DNA from: Auanema rhodensis
Taxonomy: Eukaryota; Animalia; Nematoda
Reading direction: 5' to 3'
NCBI GenBank assembly: GCA_964057225.1
Contig: OZ059899.1
Location: forward strand, 6,696,001 to 6,760,000
DNA: 64,000 nucleotides
Position 1 is the stretch's first letter. The number at the start of each line of letters is the position of its first letter. The notes beneath the pieces were generated by a model. That model was not told where the DNA came from. It made no database searches and was given only the letters and a program-made list of their open reading frames with translations. The translations under genes and the position numbers were made by a program. Positions 53,201-64,000 of this stretch are shown here, piece after piece.

Positions 53201-56200
53201 GTTCCACCCTAAAGCTACTGATAATGTTTGTGATATACGTATGCTCTGTTTCAAATGTTTTTTTTTATTGTTTTTTTTTCATATAAAGTCTGTATGAACG
53301 GCCTTTCATAAATCTCGACAGCATTTGTAATTTGTATCAAAAAATCTATATCAAATTGGAAAAAAAGCTGAGCATCTGGTCCACAAACATATAAAATTGC
53401 TTTTGTTGGTGAAAAATAGAAAATGGAGGAAATCAGTGGCTCATCCTGTGATAATGACAACGTAAGATTTTTTGTTACATGATTTCAGGGAGAAAAACAA
53501 ACATGCTTTTTGAAGAAAATAGAAATTCTGCCATGAGAAACAGCAAAAACGGATAAATTTATGTCATCTAAAAACGTTTTTTTCACGATGACGACGGGAT
53601 GTGAGCAAGCCCATGAGCACGTCGTGCATCTATCGTCGTCCGAGTCCACGAACTTCTTTGAAACACAGATTTGTGAAATAGAAAGGCAGTATAAGAAACG
53701 CAGACAATGAGACGAATTGCTTTTTTAAGAAGTCTAGAACATGAATCAGATTTGGAACAGATAAAACGACAACCGAATACGTCAAATAAGCTGACAAATG
53801 AGGCGACGGTTCAGATATCTTTTCGTTTTTATTTTTTTCTTAAACAAATAGGAAGACGTTTCCTGCATATTCAATACTGTATTAAACACTGTTTTGTGAT
53901 AATAAAAAATTTTTATTAACGTTTATTGATTTTCTTTTCTTAGAAAGGAAAAATATTTTATGTTCGATTAATTTGCGTGAAAGATCGGAACTTCCTTCCA
54001 AAAAAATTATTTGAAAACAAAAGGAAAATTCCTTTCTAAACATACTAAATAAGAATTCATTCATTGTTAAGCTTGTTCAAACTTATTCGAAACCATCTCC
54101 TCTTTTCTATATCCGAAATGAAAACTACAAAAAGAACGATTTTCTCATTCATTTTAAATTGTTAAATGGTCATAGAGCTAACAGAAGAAATTTCAATAAG
54201 TTAGGTCTAAGCTTCACGAATTTGCTGAAGAGACGAGTTTGAGAATTTGTCGAAGATGAAATTCACTATTTGAAGTTGTCATTTATTCAAATCTAAAGAA
54301 ATATGTATATACATATATCCATACATACATATACATATAGATATATAAATATATACGAACATCCAAACAAGTGATAAATGTTTTGTTTCTATTTTTCTTG
54401 TTTCGTATGTTTCAGTTTTTCTTATAGTCGGCAACAATTGACAAGAGAAACTTCTATGTGCTTACATTTAATCTAAAAACGAAAAATTGTCATATGTCAC
54501 ATTGAGCCGTTTGAAGCTGATAAGAACTTGAACATTCTGATCTTAAGCTTATCCCAGATATTGAGGTTCATATGAGAAGAAAGCTAAAGCAAATGAGGGG
54601 AAATGTAGAAAGAGGAAGAATTTTTTGGGTAAGAATATGTAGTGAAAGAAGAATATGCGTGAAAACGTGGCCTAAGTCGGACCTTATTTCAAATTGACCA
54701 AGAAGAGCAAGCTATTAGATCCTATTGCAGGACTGCTAGGTAGAATGACATTTGGGATTTTCTTAGATAAACAATGACATGTGAACAGAAAAACAACATA
54801 CGGAAAAGATTTTACACTTTATACGAAGTAGAAATCGGAATATAAGATGAATGAAAAACTTAATTACGATAGTAGTAGTGACAAACCCATTAAGACTTCA
54901 GAAAGATTAAAAAGTGAAGAATAAATAAAAAAAAGGAAATAGAAGAGAGAAGGAGAAAAAGATAGGGAGGTAAAATAGGAAAAGAAGAGATTGTGAATGG
55001 GGTGGATAGATCAATCTGATGAAAAGGATAACAAAGGTGATTGTGTTGAGGAATGGGAAAAGGATAAATGAGAATTGACGCTCAGTAAAGACAAAAGCAG
55101 TGAACAGAAGAAGAAGCAAAGGCATAGACAACAGATGAAGGGACTTAATTGTGAAATAGCACTTAGAAATTTGACAAAAAGCACAATCTGGACTTTGTGA
55201 ATTTTCACCTCAGCATCGTGAGATGTCACAAAGCTAATCCTAGTCCTCTCCATCTGTTCTGCAGTACATTAAATGACTTTGAAAACATACTAGCTTATAG
55301 TCACATGGAAAGGTTCTAAATCATGATCTGTGAAAATAAGAGAAACTTAGCTCAAACTAGCAGTCTATAGAAACATAGCTTAAAGCTTAGATTTGTTGAG
55401 CTGATTAGAATGAGGAAATAAGAAATTGGCAAGTACATGAAGTTGTCATCTATTTTTCTAGCATCACATAACTATAAGAATAAACAAAAAAGAAATTCTC
55501 AGTTATAGAATAACAAAAATTTTTAAATTTTCAGTATAAGGTTGTTTCTCTAACTTAATATGGAATCTGATCATTTGCTCATGTTTCAACAAATTAATAT
55601 AAAGTTTTCAATAAGGTAGAGAAATCTATTTCCGAAAAAAAAACAGACAGAATATAAAGATAAGACTCCTGAAAGATATTGACATCTTTGGGATGTTCCC
55701 AAAAAACAATGTGTCAACGAAAATGAGAGGCAAATGGGAAACAAAAGTCATTAAAGGTCAAAAGAAGTTGTGAACAGAGACTGAAGTAATTGACTAGAAC
55801 TAGAAGTGTCCATGTAAATCTACCTCTCATCCAATAATATGAAGCACGAGTGAGGCAAATGATACTTGGATACACAAATCGAATAAGCTAACTTGAAATC
55901 GAAATATATATAATATCAATATATCCATGCTTTCATGAAAACATATTAATATTTTTATGTAAATTAGTATATTTAGAAATAAGTTGTGAAATGTTGTTAT
56001 TAAATATTTAAGTTATCTTTTAACACGAACGTATTCAGAATTAAAATTCTGAAGAACATCTATCTAACCTGAATTCGATTCACTGTTCAGAACCTAGAGA
56101 AAGAAATAGATCCTATCAAATTTCATATGATTTTGCTTTCACCTATAGCTCATCGAAATTTCAATCATTCCTTTCTTTTATTTAAATTCTTTTTCATTTT

Positions 56201-57486
56201 GTTGTATGAAAGATGTATCTGAAATTTCTAAAATAATATATTTGAAATAATTATGTGGCCAGGAATACAAAGATAATGTTTTTAACTTTACAAGTTTTAA
56301 ACTTTTAATTTCATGACTTTTCACAAACTTTTTTCTCTATGAAGCCGAACAATAAGAAAAAGGGAAGAACTCTTAACAAAATTCGCGTGCAACTATGAAG
56401 TTTTGAAATATGTCTTGAATAAATAATAAAGTTTTGTTTTAAAATGAAAACACGATTGTGAATAACATATGTATCAGAGACCTAAATTTACTGAACACAA
56501 TGCTTTAGAATCATTTTAAAGAAACTTCATCATATGAACAAGGTTATCAGCATTTGAATCTTTGAAGTTTAAAGAAAAGCTGAACGTTTTCAAATGGTTT
56601 TCCAATAGCTTTTTCTATACAAAAAAATGATTAAACGTGTCAAATTCTTGTCTTGAAAAGTTTTCTCAAGCATTTTAGTAGTTACTTAAATCTCAACTTC
56701 AATCAAAATTGCCTTCATTCTATTATCAGATGTCAAAAATAAATTTGTTTTATTATTTATTTAAGTCATGAAAACAAAGACATTTTAACTACCGTAATTC
56801 ATTACGATTGTTTTTCCAAGTTTTATCAATGACTGAAATCATTATGAAGAAGTTGGGACAGAAATTTGAAATTTTCCAAATGAATGTTCCATGTCGTTGA
56901 GTTTATTTTATAGACAACAGTTGTCACTTAGTTTATGACCCATTTTCAAGAAGAAGAGCATACCCAATGATGTCTGTATGATTTCAAGGATTCAAATTGT
57001 AGGAAATAAAAAATTTCGAATTATTTTGAACTTACAACTTAGTTCACTTTGCTTAGTCGCTTAGTTTTCTGAAAATTCAATGATATTTCATAGACAAACC
57101 GTATTTTTAATAATGATGAATTGATCATCTTGCTCATTTGTAAAATATTTCGTTTAAGCGTTCACCTTATTATGAGTTGAATTCAATAAAAACTGATTTT
57201 TGCATTATTCATACCCTCCAAAAAAGGTTTAAAAAGCAGAGATGAAATTTAAACAAAGTTGTATATATTTCAAAATGTTCCACATGAATTGGTCTTTTAC
57301 ATTACAAAGTTAAGCAAGAACGTGTTTCATTCTAAAGCTGTTTATTCAAAACTTAAGTAACAAGTTTAATATATATAAAATAATTTATGACACCATTGAA
57401 TTACAACATATAATATAAACATATTAGTATAATATGTTGTTGCTTTAAAAACTAATTTATAAACGGGTATTCGATTGTTCCTAATA

Positions 57487-59820
57487 TTATCGTTCATTTT
57501 TATTCGTTAACGCTTTGTTTTCTGATTTGATCATCTTGTTTGCAACAATAAGAAACAATACCGATGACGTTACTATGGTTGTGATAAGAATTATTGTATA
57601 ATGTGTTATTGAGAGATAAGGACTTAGCACCATTAACAGTGCACCACCTAAAGCTTGATAAAACTTGGAAATGGAAAAACTTTGAGCGCGATGATTAGGC
57701 ATAGCTAAAGCACATATTACTAATCTTGCATTATTAACACAAGAATCGACCATTCCAAGAAAGAAAGATATAATCATTATTAGAGTCATACTGAAATAGG
57801 GAAGCATATTATTCCTAAAATGATGACCATCTATTTGATATACCTAGGTTGAATAAATGAAGCCTTTTCTGCAGTTGGATGAATTGTTGCCCATTGTGGT
57901 GTGGAAATATTAATAGTAATAGCAAGGATGATAGTTCCGACCAAGCTAAGTAGTACTGCAGGTTTCAAGCAGAAATTGTTTATTCTGTGACTCATGAAAG
58001 AGATGATAAATCCCACTAATATAAGAAATATAATTAAAATGGTTGAAATTTGAAAAACTGACTAGCTATTTCTCCGCAGCCAACAGCAATACTGTAAATT
58101 GCAACAATATATTTATATTCATGTAAAGATTGAGTAAATATAATTGCTGTAGGATAAACGGATACCCAAAATGCTGTATAAAAGCCAAGATGAATAAAAG
58201 ATATAGAAAGAATAAGCATATTTGGATGTATAAATGCTTTCAACATTAAATCTGAAGAAATAATAATTATATCTTTAATATATTTGAAATATTCTTACTT
58301 AATTGTGATTTTAAGCTTGGAATAACTTTTACATGACCTTCAATGCAATTTTCGATTTCTTTCGATGGTATAAGGAAGAAAATTATATTAGCTATTACTG
58401 AGAATAATGTAAACGCCAAATACATCCAAAATATTTCTGAATCCGAAAACTTTCTTAACAAATCATCAAGATATTAAGCATATTCTTTAGTATTTTACCT
58501 ATATTGAACAGTGTCTTCAGCAAATGTCGTGATATTACTTAAATTTTTGCTTGAATCACTGTCATTAAATGAGAAAATTATTGAAAGTATTCCTCCTCCA
58601 CATATCATACTAAAATATTTCAATTTAAAATTAATGTTTATGAGAAAGATAATTCAAATAGTTCAAATAGTTCAAAAACCAAAAATATTATTGATTATTT
58701 TCCATTTTAGATTTCATTAATGTGTTATTTAAATAAGTTCAATGTTTATATCAAAGCACATGATTTCCGTTTAAAATTTTTCAAATCCCTAGTTTCCCGT
58801 TATAATGTATCATTCCTTACTAGAAGAAACAATCTATTCTCAAAGCTCATCAAACATGTCATTATAAAGCCTAATATGCATACCTTTATCTTACATAAGT
58901 ACGAATAATTTTGACCCCTACCTGTGCTCATGTCAATACTCTTTGGATCTCATTTCTTTTTTCTCTGGTACACACTCAGTCGTTTATTTTCTCTTATTTT
59001 TATAGTCTGCTTACCAAATACAAGCGATAGCCCAAGCGATAGCTGAGTTCTGTTCCACAGTCTGGCGGGTCGAGTGTGAGGTCAGATAACCGCCATTCGC
59101 TGTATAATATACTGTAACAAGAACGATTAGATGGCCTTACTACAAAAAACATTCTGTCTGGCATTTTGCCCAAATACAGCAGGTGATGTCGGCTTTATTG
59201 ATAAATCCCTTATATTCCTTATATACAATATTATGCGGTATAATATATATTATAAGAATATGCATGTGCAAGATCTACTTCTGTTCAATGCTCCATACGG
59301 GAAAAATGTTATTTAGATTTTATCATCTAATGTTTCTCTACTGATTTACGATAATGATATCTGATTTGGAACTTACATGCAAATCCAAGGCCCATAATTG
59401 CACAAGATATGTAGTAGTAGTAGTTATTTAAATAGAAAAAGCCAGCCTGATAAGCAGTGAAACACAATGAGCTTAAGAAAAGAGTTCTTTTAGGCCCAAG
59501 ATGAGACATTACTATTGGGGCAAATATGCACCCAATCATATAAGCAGCATAGCAAGTAGCCTGTCTGAATAAACTTTGATTTTATATGATCCGTCAAACA
59601 AATCAAAATAACCCGTAATACCCTGCAAACTGTCCTATGAGCGAAGGATTTCTCTCATGCACAGAGTGAATAACTGATTCTTGCACAAAAGACTAAAGTG
59701 AACATTAAAGATACAAAACGTGAATATGAATAAAACCTGAGTATCATATCCAGTCATAATACTCATTTGTCCGAGACCAAGAAGTACAACACAAAGCAAC
59801 TCGAAACTGCGACCCTTCAT
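57487..59820 (-). CDS. UNC-93-like / MFSD11 family MFS membrane protein
   Basis: MKGRSFELLCVVLLGLGQMSIMTGYDTQ, AGYYG...CYAAYMIGCIFAP, YTANGGYLTSHST...NSAIAWAIAC, FWVSVYPTAIIFT, QSFSISKFYQA; multiple TM segments. Confidence 0.9.
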
Positions 59821-60439
59821 GACTCAGCGCTAAAGATATATATAAGGAAATGAAATAAAGAACAAGAGGATATGAAAGAACTATAATTGAAGACACCTGT
59901 TGTCTAATATGATATACGATCAAAAATTGGAAAATGCCAACTAACGGCAGCCGACCTATAGCTCGCACATTTCAAATTTAACATTCTTCTTCATCGTGAC
60001 ATTGAATACCGAAGCAAACTTGTTTCCTTGGTCTGCTTGTACCCGATTAAAACAACCTAATTTAAAATCAAAATCATCATCTATAGTCTAGTGAATTACA
60101 CCGGACCTATATAAATGACGAATTAAATTTAAATAACTCGATCGTTTGCATATCTCTTCTCAGGGAAGGGTTCAAAATGATACGAATAATTCTACAATAA
60201 ATAGTGATCTCTAGATTCATGTTCCAGATTGCATCATCACCAAACCTCGCTATTATTTCACGATGGCATTTATTATCAAAAATAAAACTAAGTAGGAAAC
60301 ACTGGGTGTAAAACTTTCAAAAGTGATGTTAATGACAAGTAATATAAAAACAAGTATAATTAATATATAATACAAGGTAAAACATGTAGACAAGGAGAGA
60401 TCGTCTAGCACACGCATAAATCATACTAAATTTCTAACA

Positions 60440-61646
60440 TTATGAATCTTGATCATCATATCCCAATTTCCTTATATGCATATTCTGCCCCAAATTAGGG
60501 CCGGCGTGAATACGAGGTAATTTCTCAATTAAATATTTTACCTTAAATAAATGAATATAGTCATAATAAAAATAGGTTAAAGTAACCTGATCTCTCTCAT
60601 CAAACGCATTATACAGTTGGTACATAGCAAATATAATTTTAACACACTCCATTAACTGAAACATATATTATACATGATTTAAGAATTGAGGACTTACTTT
60701 TTCATAATCTACATTCACTTCGAATAACCAATTTTTTATAAGATGTTCTTTTTCTACAAATTGTGCACCAGCTACTATGGATGCTGAAAAAAAGAAATAA
60801 AATTCAGCCATTCCTTCGTAAAAAGGAAATACCACAAGCAATAATATGTGGTGGATATAGCAAACAACAGTCCGTTCGTAAAGAATCATTCACTACTTTC
60901 CAGGCTTCCGCCTCTAACTCTTGCATATCTTTAGAATCTTTGATATCTTTGGCTAGGTCCTAAAATAGTATAGTTAAAAAGCATCTTTAAAATATGATTC
61001 AAAAGAGAACCTGCAGCATGGTAAGCAACGGACGATAGGGGTGATAAACAATCAAGCAGCAATCCATTGTCTCAACGAGGATAAATTCGGCATCATACAA
61101 ACCAGTAATCTTTGTTGATACATCAAAAGCAACATTAGGAAATCGTTTAACTATATTTGAAATATTGATAAAGGATAAGCTATGCTTTTAAATAAACATA
61201 CGTATATTGGGTATCGAATTCATCATTTTGCTCATACTCATCTGGCCATGCTCTTCAACTTTAGAAGCCAGAAAAATAGAAGCACATGCCATAAGAAAAG
61301 GATCTACATCTTTAAAGCTATGTCTGAAAATTAAAAATAATGAAAAGATATTTGATTCTTCAAAACCTGATATAGAACCGTTTGAAATACACAACAGCTG
61401 TTGCAATAACCTGCATTCGTGTCTTCGGTTGAGAAGCTACACCTTCCAAAGCAATAGTTTGCATAACTAAAACAATTGTTTTCAAATGAAACATTTTATG
61501 AACGAACGGTTAGCCCAGAATATCATAAACTTATTATACTCCTCTTCAGAATATACTTTAAGATCCTCATATCGCATACGCAATAACTCTGCCTTATCAA
61601 ACATCCACTGCTCCCAATGTGAGCTTGCCCAAAAATTCCCGGCCAT
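60440..61646 (-). CDS. cic-1: Cyclin C (Mediator CDK8 module)
   Basis: MAGNFWASSHWEQW, RMQVIATA...FKRFY, DPFLMACASIFLASKVEEHG, LVETMDCCLIVYHPYRPL, NDSLRTDCCLLYPPH, WLFEVNVDYEKV. Confidence 0.95.
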
Positions 61647-61953
61647 CCGAAAGAAAACGAAAGAATTTTTTTCTCAATTCATGCTTTATTGAAATACAAT
61701 GGATAACATCTACCAATAAGTTTGACATACAATAATAATCGCATATTTATTGAACTTCGCGCTGATTACAATGAGACGTACATACAGTCAAGATCATATA
61801 ATAGATCAGTTTGAAAATTAAAAAACTCTCCGATGGAGATCTTGTAGAGAATACATTCTATATATCAGTAGTCTTAGCAAGACTTTGAACAAAAATAGTA
61901 TCCAACGTAGGAATGAGATACATGTTATTACGTATTTGCATTAGATACAGTAA

Positions 61954-63516
61954 CTAAAAACCTTGCCCCTCGGGGGCTTGAACAGGTCGGTCAATATGGA
62001 ACTTATCCTCAAGAAGTGGTACAGAAGCAGAATAATAGAAAACTCTGAATACATAAATTTTTAAAATTGAAAAAAATAAAATATGCTTACTCATGGTCAT
62101 ATTTAGAAGCAACAGTTTCCAAGTTTGAATACTTGGCCTTTCTGACGTGCATCATATGGTTAACTTCATTCATCAATGGCTCGATTTCATCCTGACGATA
62201 TCCGGAGTACTTGTGCAAGACAGGGGTCCAGGTGGCGCTCTTAGATTTCATCTTAAGAGCCAAAAGGAAACAAGCAGCAGCAAGTCTAGACTCAGAAGTT
62301 CCGACGAACTCGTAGAACAAAAGAGAAGTCTCAAGAATGTAACGAGCCAAAGTCAAAGTAGCCATATCAGCTCGGCAAGTCTTGAAAGTAATTAAAATAT
62401 ATTTTGAATAGAAAATAAATATCATACTCTAGCATATCGTCTAACGAAGCTATAACTCAAAGGAGCACCAAGATCATAACCGACAGTTTTCAGTAGCTTC
62501 ATTTCCATTCGAATAAGGTCTTCGCGAGTAAATGTCTCATCAGTAACATATAAGAAATCATCAATAAGAGGAGGGCTTCTTTCCTAAAAATTAAAAAGTA
62601 ATTGACAAAAAGTAAATAATCAAACATCAAATTTGCTAGCAATGAACAAAGCAGCGCAAGCAATGAGCTGCAGTTCACTCTTGGGAGTGACAACTTCAGT
62701 TTCCAAATACAAATCTACAAGTTTAACAGCAAGATACAGAGTTTCGTGGTTGAGTTCAAAGGTTTCTTGGATCTGAAAGATGAGATTAGAATTTAAAATA
62801 ATTTTAAAAAATTGTCACCTCAACCATCCAGTCGCACAAAATAGCTCTATTTTCTTTTCTCACAAATTTTTGAGTTTTCATGTAGTCAGAAACTTTGAAT
62901 GCTCTCTGAATGAAGCGTTCGTAAAAAAAGTCTGATTATGGTTTAATACTTCTCTGGCTCTTCCATATTTGAAGATATCCAGAGCGAACATGTGAACAGA
63001 AAATGGATCATTTGCACATTCACTGTCAAAATCGTAATTTGGGCACGGATCTTCAACGGGGATCTCAATAACTGAAGCTTCTCTGAAAATAACAAAATTA
63101 ACACGAAATATATCAAATTTACAAACTTGTTTTCGACTTCAAGAACAACACCAAGATCACCAGCGCTGTTAGATCTCTTGCCACTACGTTTGTTAGAAAT
63201 TTGCTTTTTCTCAGCATTAAGAATCTTCTTCGAAGAATCAATTAACACATTAGATATAGCCTTAAAACCGTATAGTAGAAAACTTTAAATAAAATTTAAA
63301 CTTACATTGCTCAAATCACATAAGGCAGCTCTTTTAGCTTTAGGTTCACCCTTCACGACGTTTTCGTCGACGACGGCAGGCTTACGGCCACGCTTAGCAA
63401 GAGCGTCGACTGAACATTAGAACGTAAACAAATCGTATGAATAAAATACCTGGTTTTGTTGGTAAAATCCCAGCCATGATATTATTAGCATTAGTACTGC
63501 GGCTTCTGAGCATCAT
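61954..63516 (-). CDS. cyb-3: Cyclin B3
   Basis: MMLRSRS start, D-box KRAALCDLSN, cyclin box RAILCDWMVE|IQETFELNHETLYLAVKLVDLY, PPLIDDFLYVTD, LTLARYILETSL. Confidence 0.94.
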
Positions 63517-64000
63517 CTTCACAGACGTTTATACACACAAGTTATAGTACAGGAACAGATAAAGGTAAGTAAATGGAGCCCAAGGAAAGTTAGTAAGAAG
63601 CCCTGCAAGTTGAACATGAAAAAATAATACTGGTGTCTTAAAGGAACAATTAAAAAAACAGCCGCTCCACTCTGCAGAACTAGTATAAATGAAGTGAACA
63701 GACGCCACAGGGCGTCCAATCCCTCAGATACAGTACCACACGCAACATGATAGAAAACAGTAATATAAAATAATTCTGCTATTGTACTTTATCTGATTGC
63801 TCCTTAGGGCTTTCTAGATCAGTAAACAACCAGCTATTAGAAGAATGTTTGAATATAATGATAAGTTATGGTCATCTACTGTCAACAGGAGGCAATTCAA
63901 ATCCCGCCGACGCACGTTAGATGTGCAGGTTAGCGAGCGGCGCGAATGCCAAAAATTTAAAGAGAAGTATCTTTTGACCTCTGTAGTCTGCTGTTTGTAT

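Noticed and set aside
43555-55741. Several RTGGGAA (LAG-1/CSL) sites
   Set aside because: Count is about what base composition predicts.
45000-57400. Short ORFs as a hidden gene or transposon
   Set aside because: No consistent exon chain, transposase/RT motifs or terminal repeats seen.
60763-62395. Plus-strand ORFs over the cyclin genes
   Set aside because: Antisense shadows of coding exons.

Overview
AT-rich eukaryotic DNA from a nematode (probably rhabditid), with many ~45-60 nt introns; the ORF track shows only exon fragments, so the gene models were spliced by hand. In order: myosin VII (hum-6-like, minus, ~49 exons); an 11 kb divergent intergenic region; a Suppressor-APC-domain (SAPCD2-like) gene (plus) whose largest intron holds an antisense RPamide neuropeptide precursor (nlp-2-like, five different peptides); a membrane-anchored histidine acid phosphatase; an Srd chemoreceptor; a secreted two-ShK-domain protein; a Cys-loop anion channel (probably lgc-40); ~12.9 kb with no protein-coding gene found; then a tight minus-strand trio of UNC-93-like MFS, cyclin C and cyclin B3. 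No rRNA, tRNA, CRISPR or transposase was seen. Best leads: (1) the nested RPamide gene with phase-symmetric peptide exons and a CRE cluster; (2) an ATG-initiated 30-nt microexon at the myosin neck/tail junction, possibly giving a headless isoform; (3) microexons, Fox sites and a possible alternative M4 in the channel; (4) frequent AAG splice acceptors; (5) a candidate two-cyclin operon with a TTTCGG acceptor-like site. Orthology and synteny statements are from memory, not database searches.
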